Assembly: GCF_006345805.1 (NCBI RefSeq)
Contig: NW_021833735.1
Span: 1-64,000, forward strand
Direction: 5' to 3'
Length of the DNA: 64,000 nucleotides
From: Octopus sinensis
Lineage: Eukaryota
Made by a program: the position numbers and the translations under genes. The notes under the pieces were generated by a model. It was given only the letters and a program-made list of their open reading frames with translations. It was not told the DNA's origin and did no database searches. This document shows positions 27,530 to 39,620 of this stretch, piece by piece (position 1 is the stretch's first letter; every line of letters starts with the position of its first letter).

Positions 27530-28630
27530 TTAAGTTGAAGCACCACGCTATTGCGGTATTTTCCGTACAACTCAAGGTAAGGTGAATAAAATCAAAAGAA
27601 GAAACAAGCTTCTCTGCTTCCCAAAGATACAACAGAAATTCTTCCCGGAAGACAGTTAGAATCTCATACTCTGCTCTCCTTAATATGGGTACCATTTATA
27701 GTAGGATTAAATAGAAAGAATATTAAATTAGCAAGAGGTAGTAATAATAATAATGTTAATGTCAACACTAATTTAAACCCCTACATTGTGAATAATATTA
27801 ATATTCACAATGTATGGGTTTAAATTTTCTACGTCACCATTATATATAATATTAATTGTGAAGTAGAAAATAGAAACAGCGGTACTACTGCTTCTAATAT
27901 ATACAATATAGGCTGCAGCTCTGGGGTTTATACTAGCTCAGGGACTACTAATACGCCTGATGATACTGGGATGAATGTGAATGATACTACAATTGAAGGG
28001 TGGAGAGATAATACCAGATATGAAAATAACACATACAATAGTAGTAGTAGGATTAATATTAATAGTAATATTAATAATAATAAGGGTATGAATATCAATA
28101 ATATTAATAAGTAGTAATTCGCCTAGTGGCAATTGTAGGGTCAAATCCCACTGTCCGTTATTAGGCCGATGTCTAATACAAAACGTAATCTATAAGTGTA
28201 CAATCACAACTGTAGCTGGTAACTTTGTATATATAGGATGTTCAATAAATATGAAAAAATGCATTAATAATCAATTTTCATATTTTAGGCTCAAACGCAA
28301 GGCCAATTGTACGTCCTTATCTGGCAAGATTTGGGAACTGAAGGAAAGCGGAATCGAATTTAGCCTTAAATGGGATATTATAGGGAAAGCTAAGCCTTAT
28401 AGAGATAGTCGGTACGGGTGCGAGTTGTGTTTTATGGAAACGTATGAAAGTTTTAACTATAGGGACAAGAGCAACCTGGTTAATAATAGATTAGACTATG
28501 CATACATAGTGTCACACGTGCATTTAAACATTTTCGAAATCAACGTTTTTTGGTGCTGCACTTGAACCTAGACAGGGGAAATTAATTCTAGTGTCGTATA
28601 TGATGGGAACTTACCCACTAGTATTATATA
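27530..28630 (+). mobile_element. Penelope-like element 3' remnant (thumb linker, Asn-rich spacer, GIY-YIG)
   Basis: RKTVRISYSALLNMGTI at ~27650-27700, then from 28131 in frame NCRVKSHCPLLGRCLIQNVIYKCTITTVAGNFVYIGCS...TSLSGKIWELKESGIEFSLKWDIIGKAKPY...CELCFMETY...LVNNR, the classic PLE GIY-YIG. Confidence 0.88.
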
Positions 28631-30322
28631 TAAGTTAGATATATTTTCTTACACTTCTTTAGAATTTCTTTAGAATTTCTTATTATTGTGTTTTCTTATT
28701 TTGATACCTTTACCTATTAACCTCTTATCTCTTGTAAGTTATTAATGCTCTTAAAGGGAAATATAAACTTTCTAGTTACTTAAGTCTAGAAGAGTTGATT
28801 ATAACATACCCAAAATAAAGTACAAATGTTTGTGCATATTTGCATGTGTTCACATAGCTAAATATGTATATGTATCTGTGTACAACTTATTTTCCCGATT
28901 TTTTTCTGATTCTTACCTTATAACTAATATAAAGATAGCATGATTTATCGCCCCAGTATTCCATAAATAAATACCCAGAGCAATCTTTATAGAAATCACC
29001 TTATAAGTAAATAATTAAGTACTGGTATGAATTTTAAACTAATTCTATGCAATCTTCCCTTTCTAATGTTGAAAATTGGTATATATACACAGTTTATCTA
29101 TTCTGTTTATAATATCATTTTTAGTAATCTTAAATTTTTATCTTCATACAACATAACAATATTGTTTATATACAATCATCCATTGTACCCCACGATAATT
29201 TCCTCTGTATTAACATCATAGGTTTTATTAGCGTCTTCCTCCTTTAAATGGTAATTAACATCATGATTTATGGTCTTCCACAACCCATCCTCCTTTATGG
29301 ACAGTTACTTATACATTTTCTAAATCATGACAATATGTATTACCATACCCAACTATAAACTGTCAACACACTCCGTCTATCCTTTCTAAACAGCCACTGT
29401 CCTCAAACCTTAGATTAGGTAGTTGATAAAAAAAAGCAAACCACAATCATTTACAAGCTATGACCCTAACAAACTTCATACAGTTCTTAGAAGTGTAGTA
29501 TATTCTGAGTCACATTAGTAGCAACATGGACTTTCTCCCTCTTCTTGCTCTATTAGAGACTTTGAGCGAAATTATATTGTGTCCAACTGATTAAAAAATT
29601 CTCTTTATTTAAGCATTTATTTGCATTTAAATTGATGTAATGATTGCATTGTTCAATTAAATGGAACCGCTTGAAACGATCGTACGGCATCACCTCTTGA
29701 TATCCTGTTGCTTATTTTGATTATATATACATACATACATACATATATATATATACATACATACTCACACAGACACACACACACATACACACACACACAC
29801 ACACCACACACATACACAGATATTATATATATATATAATTTGTTTTTAATGTTTTTACCCCCATACCTTCGTGGGTTATTTTGAGTAAACACTATCTGAG
29901 AGAAATTTTCTTTAAGTATTAGAAATGGCTAAAAAATCTTTTTTTGGCTGCTATTTCTAATGAGTTAGTATGTGGCAAAGTATTTTATTTTACTAAGCCC
30001 TTTTATACAATGTAAATTTGAATTCGCCTTAAATGGTCCCTTACATACTGAATACTTGGTGAAATTGATTAATAGCTAATTAATTTTACCCTCAATTGTT
30101 GAAATTATAATTCATTTCTCTCTGTTTAATGCCTCGGTTTTCACCGATAAAATATGGTGTTTTTACAGTCTGACCCACGTGGGTGGAAGGGGGAGAGCAG
30201 GAATTCTTCGCTTGCATATTTTGAATTTGTTGGCACTGTTAGTTTGAACGGTTCTTCTGAGGTGAAAAGTCGCCAAAGGGGTATGCTCCTACTTTCAGTG
30301 TTTCCAAATCCGAATTAAGAAT

Positions 30323-30383
30323 TTTGGGCTGACGAAAGAAATGTCGAATGTATTTGGCTGATCTAGAAACGTACGTTCTCAAA
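30323..30383 (+). ncRNA. Putative type I hammerhead ribozyme, family 2 copy A
   Basis: Helix I TTTGGG/CTCAAA; canonical core CTGACGA (30329-35); helix II AGA/TCT, GTC/GGC, GAA/TTT with TGTA loop; GAAAC (30366-70); AC-GTAC-GT; GUU site ending at 30377. Confidence 0.72.
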
Positions 30384-30879
30384 TAATCTTTGCACTTGTG
30401 ATTTTTTATGTTTTTACCCCCATACCTTCGTGGGTTATTTTGAGTAAACACTATCTGAGAGAAATTTTCTTTAAGTATTAGAAATGGCTAAAAAATCTTT
30501 TTTTGGCTGCTATTTCTAATGAGTTCAGTATGTGGCAAAGTAATTTATTTTACTAAGCCCTTTTATACATGTAATATTTTGAATTCGCCTTAATGGTCCC
30601 TTTATACTGAATACTTGGTGAAATTGATTAATAGCTAATTAATTTTACCCTCAATTGTTGAAATTATAATTCATTTCTCTCGTTTAATGCCTCGGTTTTC
30701 ACCGATAAAATATGGTGTTTACTAGTCTGACCCACGTGGGTGGAAGGGGGAGAGCAGGAATTCTTCGCTTGCATATTTTGAATTTGTTGCACTGTTAGTT
30801 TGAACGGTTCTTCTGAGGTGAAAAGTCGCCAAAAGGGTATGCTCCTACTTTCAGTGTTTCCAAATCCGAATTAAGAAAT

Positions 30880-30940
30880 TTTGGGCTGACGAAAGAAATG
30901 TCGAATGTATTTGGCTGATCTAGAAACGTACGTTCTCAAA
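30880..30940 (+). ncRNA. Putative type I hammerhead ribozyme, family 2 copy B
   Basis: Identical motif; core 30886-92, GAAAC 30923-27, GUU ending at 30934. Confidence 0.72.
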
Positions 30941-31222
30941 TAATCTTTGCACTTGTGATTTTTTAATGTTTTTACCCCCATACCTTCGTGGGTTATTTTG
31001 AGTAAACACTATCTGAGAGAAATTTTCTTTAAGTATTAGAAATGGCTAAAAAATCTTTTTTTGGCTGCTATTTCTAATGAGTTCAGTATGTGGCAAAGTA
31101 ATTTATTTTACTAAGCCCTTTTATACAATGTAATATTTTGAATTCGCCTTAAATGGTCCCTTTACATACTGAATACTTGGTGAAATTGATTAATAGCTAA
31201 TTAATTTTACCCTCAATTGTTG

Positions 31223-31280
<58 letters not shown>

Positions 31281-31901
31281 TCTTATAATAATAACACACA
31301 ATATATCTTGATGAAGATAGTTCCCTTTTACTGACCAAATCAATGTAATTTTGTGCAATTGCGGCCTTCCATACATTGTGTATATAATCAGAGAATTTTA
31401 CGAATATATTTAGAGTTGCGCTATTGATGTAACCATAATTTTCCGTTGACCCGATGAGAGAGCTTTGTTTCTTTACATTACTTTGTGCATGTACGATTGC
31501 ATTGTGCAATGCTCAGCATACATATGGCTATAGACACGTCTCCATAGTCCCTTGCATACAGGAAATAATATTATATGAAGGAGGTTGTGAAACAGCTGTA
31601 ATCCTATGGAAATCACGTGGTTAAATAAATATAGAGCCTCTTCTTACACCTCCTGACTTCATATATATATATATATATAATATATATATATATACGCGCA
31701 GAAATCATTAGTCTACAGATATCGCTACGGCTAGAAGGGGATCAATAAACACCCTTCCTCACAGTATGCGGACACAGAACATGTGTCGATAGCTAGCTGG
31801 TAAAGATGTTTTCTTGGGGCTAAAAACTAGTAACATCGTCCTGCATAGGACTACCACATTCACTGTGGTTGCAATTAGACTTTACTTTCTTTCTCTCTCT
31901 C

Positions 31902-31945
<44 letters not shown>

Positions 31946-32289
31946 CTTACTGGTTTCAGCTAGTGGCTGAAGGTATGATGGAACAACAACTTTCAGTCTG
32001 GATGGTGGGAGGGGGCTGTACTGTTGCTAGTTTAGTAGCGAGTTAGACGGAGTTGCTCTTCTTTGTGCCTCTTGCCGTGGTGTGGGTTCATCTGGTATCT
32101 CAAGAGACGCTTCGAAAACCTCAACATCTACACCACAAATCTCCGTGGTTGATTAGCACACTGCTGAATGGTTGTGGACCCTCGAAACCTAAGCAGTTAC
32201 AGTACTGGGTCGTTATTCCAGATGGAGTAAATGGGATATTTGGTACCATGTAGTGCCATCCAATTCGGTGGCTGGAATAGATTTCAGTT

Positions 32290-32765
32290 CCAAAGCTGAG
32301 AACTAGTCCTTTCAGTATCTTCTATAAGCATAATGGGAAGGCACATGGAAGAGACCTAATTGTTGGACATTGGTATATGATGCTGATATTTTACAGAAAA
32401 CTATTAATATGTATATTCAAAAAGGCTGTGGAAGGGACAATTGGCGTACTAAATTGGCATTTTGTAGCACGGAAGGACGTTGTGGTCAAGAACGAAGCCA
32501 CTTATTTGGGAAAATAAGCTATAGGGCCATTGCTTGCCTAAACATTATGTACAAATTGTATGCAAGCTGTCCCAACCAATTCCTCCAAGAGCATTGGGAG
32601 TCCAACAACATAATGACTGATGGACAGGCAGGTGGAAAGAAAGGAGTTTGGAGATGTCCAGAATAGCTTTTGATAAACAAAGGTGTGGTGTCTGAAGTAA
32701 GAAAACACTGTGGAAGCTTCACGACTCTATGGTTGGATTATAGGACAGCATTCGATTCCTCACTC
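32290..32765 (+). mobile_element. Non-LTR retrotransposon RT remnant (R4/Dong-like)
   Basis: SYRAIACLNIMYKLYASCPNQFLQEHWESNNIMTDGQAGGKKGVWRCPE*LLINK...LWLDYRTAFDS corresponds to RT domains 1-3 (YRPI, Q.G, D..KAFDS) with R4-type wording. Confidence 0.78.
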
Positions 32766-33119
32766 ATTGCTGCTGCTGCTGCTGACGTGTCTACAATATA
32801 TACAAAAATATCTGTTACTTAGTTTCTGCTATTGAGAGACTGACAAAGACCTGAGCAACAATTCTATTCCTATTTCAGTTTCTTGCTGATATAGGAATGG
32901 AATTTGGCTGAAAGAAATGTTCGTATTTGATTTTTGAACATGGAAGATCGTTTTTCCAAGCCCCAGGCCTGTGCATTTACGATCTCTCTCTTGTTTTACA
33001 CAGGGAATGCTACAAATACCTTTTTTTTCTTTTTTAACTTGGTTCTATCATAGGAACCGAATTATTTCCAAGTTATCCTTGTGAGTGGATAGGTAGACGG
33101 AAACTGAAAGAAGCCCGTC

Positions 33120-33173
<54 letters not shown>

Positions 33174-33199
33174 ATTTGTGTGTGTGTCTTTGTGTCTGT

Positions 33200-34140
33200 G
33201 TATTCCCTGTCATCCAGAATAAATGTAAATATACATTTCTTAGACTCTATTCCTCTGAAGGTAGACCATTGCGTCCGAAACATAAAAGTTTCTTTTTCTG
33301 CATTGTTAGAAACTTTTCTCATTTCTCATCTCATTCACTGATAATTCATTTTATTCTGAAATTATTTTCTGCCTTAACCGGAGAATATGAATTCAAAGAG
33401 AATATGAATGAAAAGAAACATTGTGCTAATGTCCCTAGCCCATCATCTCATACATAGTTAGACGAGACTTCGGGGTTTTCTCCCCGACCTGTTTGATCAA
33501 TGTCTAGTATAGAGTTACATGTATTTCCACCTTCAATGAAGATTGAACATTGATTCATTCAAAACTTCATAAACTAATAAGTAAGTATTGTGAAACCAAA
33601 AATTCATCTTTGTATTGTTATGAAAACTGTCCGAAAGAGCAGAAGAATTTTACCCTTAAAGCGGAGGAAACGTTCGATAAACTAGTCAAAGAAGTGGACC
33701 TCGTTTTATCGACAACAGAATAATCTCTGATTAAGACATGAAAAATTTTCGGAATAAAATAAATTATTAGTGAATGAAATGAGAAATGAAGAATGTTTCT
33801 AACAATGCAGAAAAAGTTGTTTTTATGTTTTTGTTTCGGACGCAGTGGCCAACCTTCAGAAGAGTACAAACTAAGACATTTGTATTTACATTGATCCTGC
33901 CATTCTGGATGGCAGGGTGGGCAGTTACCCCGTTTTAGTCAGAAGCATTTGAGAAGTTTCTCCTACTCGAACGAACACCGGCCTATCCAAAATGGCAGGG
34001 GCTATGTAAACACACATTTCTTTGACTGTATTCTTCTTTGGAATTCGCGCCTGAAACAAAGATTTCTAAAATTTCCTGCGTTGTTAGAAGCTTTTCTTAT
34101 TTCTCATTTTCTTTATTATTCTATTTCTGAATGCAATGCT
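33200..34140. mobile_element. Cluster of three diverged Penelope-type terminal-repeat copies (two forward, one inverted)
   Basis: The block AATGTAAATA.ACATTT...CTGAAGG...GTCCGAAAC...TTTTTCTGCATTGTTAGAAAC.TT..CATTTCTCAT occurs forward at ~33225-33360, inverted at ~33750-33890 and degenerate forward at ~34005-34130. Confidence 0.55.
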
Positions 34141-34448
34141 TCAAGCGAAATACAACGGTCATCTAAAATAAATTATGATAATCTACAGCGTGGGATATAA
34201 TATAAACAAGAATAAATTAAAATAAAGGAAAGCCTGACCTAAAGGACGATAACTCTCAAGAAATGTAAGAGACATGAATAAATTCGAACAGAATGCGAAC
34301 AGGGAAACACAGGCTGAGAATGGATTGACAGAGTTATGTAAACGTGCAAGCATACAACCCACGGAAATATATAAACCCATACAGACACAGACACACACAG
34401 ATAGAAAGATAGATAGATAGATAGATATATAGATAGACAGATGGACGC

Positions 34449-34549
<101 letters not shown>

Positions 34550-34560
34550 CAGATAGATAG

Positions 34561-36529
34561 TTAAGTTTCTTTATTGGCCACACAGGGCTGCACACAAATG
34601 GGACAAATTACAAGGTAGATCTTTTCTTTTGTGGGATGAAAAAAACAAAAAAAAACAAACAAACAAAAAAGTGGCGTAGGTTTTCGATCAAAAGGGTGAA
34701 AAAGAAAAAAAAAAGAAAAGAGAAAAGGAAAAAAAAGGAAAATAAAAATAAAAAAGGAAGAAAAAAGAGGAAAAATGGGGGAGAGGAAAAAAAAAGATCA
34801 ATAGGGATCGTGTATCATAGTGTCATGATGTACGGTGTAAAGGGGAAAGCAGATAAGGTTTATCCGTGGGAAGAAAAGCCTACGAAAAAGACCACGGTAA
34901 CCTCGGTCAATATTGTTATATGTTACCACATTTGTTTGAAAGTGGGTAACCCTCTGTTTTCAATTTCTGTGTTCATAGGATTATGCTCAAGGTGGCTTCG
35001 TCATTCATACGTGCCATCCTTGCTACATTCACCCGTCTTTTTTTAAAACATTCGCTAGACAAAACTTGCCTCTCTACTCTCACTTTCCTTTTCAAGTGGT
35101 ACTTGAAGAAGTTGATGAGAGATTGACCAGAGAGGAAAGTGTTTGTCTCCAATCCTTTCAGACGCGTCCACCAGATACATTCTTTCGCCACAGTCACAAG
35201 GATGATGAAAATAGCTCTTCCTTCCCATTTGAAGGAAGGAGGCGTGACAATATTGACGATAGACTCAGCTGATAAACCGACTCGTCCCACACGTGACAGC
35301 AGTTGTTCCACATAAGCCCACAGGTCGGAAATTGTTGGAAACTGCACGAGTGCGTCCAGAACGGTTTCGTCGCTCTGACCGCATCTCGGGCAGGTCGACC
35401 CCCGTGTTTCTCGAGCCGTGTCTGTAGACCTTATCCCGAACGGGTAGCGCTTCTCGGTAGCACCGCCAGACCAGGGATCTCTGGAAGTTGTCCATGGGCC
35501 CTGGCCCGAAAGTCGTCCCGAACAGGCGGGTCAGGTACTCCTCGTCGACGTCCAGGTTCGCCCCGAGCTCGTCGTCGTACCTCCCCTCCACTAAACCCCT
35601 ATATAATGCTTTGGTTGTGATGAAGTCACTCAAGGTCGACCCAGGACGGCAGAGTTGCTTGAGAGCAACGCGACACTCGCGGTGCCATTCGCCCTTCCTC
35701 GGCCTCTTTTCGATCCACGACTGCAGTTCGGTCATGGAGACGAGCTGCGGGAAAGCGTGCCTCACAAACGGCGACCACACCTGTTCACCATCGTCTACGA
35801 AGAGTCTGAGATGTCGCAGTCTCAGCGCGTGTCTGCGCACCATCAATCACGGCATGCCCAGTCCCCCTTTTAACGGGTGTTGACAGCAAATGGATCGCCT
35901 GACCATCGGGACGCATCCTTTCCACAAGAAGCGAAAGAGAATGCGTTCTAGTTTGGTGATGGTAGGGTCGGGACAAAGAACGACGGTCAAGCGGTAGTAG
36001 ATGACGGACGCGATGTACGTGTTCGTCACCTCCGCCCGACCTTTTAGGGACAGTTTCCTCTCGGCCAATTGCCGGGCGAGAGTGACCACCCTAGTCGTTA
36101 TCTCGTTCCAGTTCTTCTCCACTTGGAGGTCCGGACCGAACCAGACCCCAAGCAACTCGACCGGGCCGTTGGTCCAGCGTCCCACGACGGAGGCGCTGGT
36201 GGACGGCATGGGCTTGCTTCTCCAGGTGCCTAGTCGCAAGCCCACTGACTTTTCCCGGTTGATTTTTGCTCCCGTCACCGCTTCGTAGTTTTTCAGTGTT
36301 TCGCCGACCTGCTCGATGTGCTCGTGGCTAGACACAATGACGGTGGCGTCGTCCGTGTATGCAGACACGCTCGTCCCGCATCCCAGTTCTCGCGGGATGC
36401 CCCTCAAAGTTGCCAGCTTCCGCAATAATGGCTCGAGAGTCAATACATATAGAAGCGACGAGAGGGGGCATCCCTGACGGACCGAACGTGCGATGTCGAA
36501 AGGTCTCGATAGATGTCCATTTACGCGAA
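34561..36529 (-). mobile_element. Tx1/L1-clade LINE, 5'-truncated (RT domains 4-7, C-terminal domain, 3' UTR)
   Basis: RSVRQGCPLSSLLYVL, SAYTDDATV, TGAKINREKS, LSLKGRAEV, FLWKG, GGLGMP*, then a decayed zinc knuckle TCPRCGQSDETVLDALVQF after a frameshift. Coding stops at 34973; the T-rich UTR ends AATAAAGAAACTTAA, followed by (CTAT)n. Confidence 0.95.
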
Positions 36530-36588
36530 GATATATATATATATATATATATATATAGATAGATAGATAGATAGATAGATGATAGATA

Positions 36589-36645
<57 letters not shown>

Positions 36646-37191
36646 CAGAGAAACAGGCAGACGGAAGGACGGACGGAGAGACAGACAGACAGATAGGCAG
36701 ACAACGGGGCGGACGGACAGACAGACAGACAGACAGAGAGATAGATAGAACGTAATGGTCGTTAGAGAAAATTTATGACAAAAAGTGTGTCGTTAAAATC
36801 ATAATCAATATGTTTGATAAACACAAACAAATATTTAGCAAGTTTAGCACAATATAACCCGTTTATAAATCACAGTAAGTCCGTGAGAGGAGAGTGCAAC
36901 CAGCGACCGGCTGGCTTCTTCATTCATAAATCATAACAAGGATCAGCTTTCATTTTACTCCCAATTACCAGTATTGAGTACATTTTTAATTTGTTTGCTA
37001 CCACGCAAACTATGCATGCATTAGTATATATATACATGTGTGTGTCTATGTATGTATGTATGTATGTATGTATGTATGTATGTATGTATGTATATATATG
37101 TGTGCATGTGTGCGTGTGTCTGTAATATAAATGTACATGTATGTGTGCATGTATTCATATATACCATGGACTGCATATATAAGCACACAAA

Positions 37192-37258
<67 letters not shown>

Positions 37259-37682
37259 GCACATACATGTATATATTTATACATGTGTGTGTTTATGCAT
37301 ATATATATGTATGTATATATATGTCTTTATCTCTGTATGTATGTTTAAATACACACACACACACACACACACACATACACACACACACACATATATTATA
37401 TATATATATATAAATATATACACAGATAAAAATAGATAGATAGATAGATAAATAGATAGACAGATAGACCCGCAGACCAAAGCGCTCTCAAACACAGAAA
37501 TGCGCATACATATATATACACGCATATACACGTATATATATATATATATATATTCATATATACATACATGTGTATATGTATGCATGTATGTATGTATGTA
37601 TATGTATGTGTATGTATGCATGTGTATGTTTGTGCACGTATGCGTGTATTTATGTATATATATATATATTAATATATATATG

Positions 37683-37714
<32 letters not shown>

Positions 37715-37723
37715 TATATATTC

Positions 37724-37803
<80 letters not shown>

Positions 37804-38378
37804 GGGCGGTCGGGCGGTTGTCAGAAGGAGGAAAGAAGAGCGGTAGGCGGAGAGCGTAAATAGAAGTATGGCGTCAGAGGTTGGCAAGCTGAGATGGCAG
37901 CGTCTGTTGCAGGCAGGCCCCGGCGCCAGCTGCAACGAACTGCTTCTACAGAGGAGAAACAGCTTAAGACCAAATGAATGCTCTAACGCAAACCGAACCA
38001 ACCCGAATAACAAAAGCCGAATGGCCTACAGCCCACTGCACCACTCTCTCTCTCTCTCTCTCTCTTTCTGTCTTTCTTTCAGAATCTCTACTGGTCTTCC
38101 GCTTTTTCTCTCTATCATAGTCTCACTATCTTTCTTTTACTGTCTCACCGTCAGACGCTCTCTCACTCTCCCTCTCTGTCTCTCCCTCACGCTCTTTCTG
38201 ACTCAGCTATTCTCTCTTTCACCCACTCCCTCTCTTTCTTTATTACTGTCTATTCTGACAATGTCCACTCTCTATAACACTTTGCACCTCTCTCTCTCTC
38301 CCTCACCGCTCTCCGTCTTTCTCCAACACATCCTGTCTGCTGTTTCGGTGCCTCTCTGTCACAATTGATCACACACAC

Positions 38379-38414
<36 letters not shown>

Positions 38415-39472
38415 ATATATATATACACACTCACACATACACACATACAGTATCACCTCACACACACGCAATCATTCTCAAACTCAATATTCGTTTCCTT
38501 TGTGCAACATTTCTTATTCGCTCTGGGTCACACCTTACTTCTCTATTTACATTTATAAATTAATATACATTCGTGCAGGACACACACACAGAAATTATAT
38601 ATACACATAGGTATATAGGCGCGTGTTAGTATTTGAATGCGTTGAAGAATATATAGATAAGACTCTAGTTTCTGAAGTACGCGAAGGCACACAGACACAA
38701 GGATATATATATATATACATATATATCTAAATTAGAAAAAAAAAACACTTTTTATCAATTCAAAATGAAAATTAAATTACACCATCTAGGAAATTACATA
38801 TAATAGAAATATTAAATATAAGATAAAAATATAACGATGATTAAGTAATGTGCAAAATAATCAGTAAAAATAAATAAAACGTATATATTTGGTAGAATAT
38901 CGACACGTGTTTCGTGGCTATATTTAAGAAATGATGATAGTAAAATATTAGTAGTACTAGTAAAATCACTTCAATATATAGCCACTCCTATACATATATA
39001 TATATATCTATATATATATGTATATATATATGTATATATATATATATATATATAATATAATATAATATAGTATATATAATATACACATATATATAAATAA
39101 ATGTGTGTGTGTATGTGTATATATATATGCATGTGTGTGTGAATGAATTTATATAGATAGATAGATACATTCATAAACAATGGTGCGAAAGAAGATGAGA
39201 TAAATACTACTTGAGTACCATGAGTAGAGTAATATGGAACTTTTATTGAAGCTGAAAATAAACTTCACAAAATGTTACTCAGAGTTGTGTGCGTGTACGT
39301 ATGTGTGTGTGTGTGGCTAAGGGCTTTTCCAAGCCGTAGGATTATAAGACAGCGTTGTCGGATTCTCGAAAATATCCTCTAATTTGACGGGACACATGTT
39401 CATTGCAGGATAAACCATTTTCGCCGGCAGAGTTTTACGCCTATCAGTCCAACATATTAAGCCACTCACTTG

Positions 39473-39517
<45 letters not shown>

Positions 39518-39581
39518 CACACACATGATATATATATATAGCTCCTACACGCATTTTTTTCTCTCCTTTTTTTTCTGTATA

Positions 39582-39620
39582 TCTTTCTGTCGAAGAGCGT
39601 AGGCTCGAAACGTAAAAAAC
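39582..39620 (+). ncRNA. Degenerate minimal hammerhead of a Penelope-type terminal repeat
   Basis: TCTTT CTGTCGA A GAGC-GTAG-GCTC GAAAC GTA AAAAA: helix II intact, core A6 changed, helix I partly lost. Confidence 0.5.

Larger units (their letters stand above)
29842..31226 (+). repeat. Tandem array, ~560-bp unit, ~2.5 copies, hammerhead-containing (retrozyme-like family 2)
   Basis: The anchor CAATTGTTGAAAT ends at 30105, 30664 and 31226 (periods 559, 562). The unit is a diverged homologue of the 25053-27334 unit. Flanked by (AT)n. Confidence 0.95.

Noticed and set aside
39317-39440. Possible terminal exon RKTLPAKMVYPAMNMCPVKLEDIFENPTTLSYNPTAWKSP*, phase-compatible with the 49062 exon
   Set aside because: The acceptor lacks a polypyrimidine tract and there is no homology evidence; only spliced reads could rescue it.
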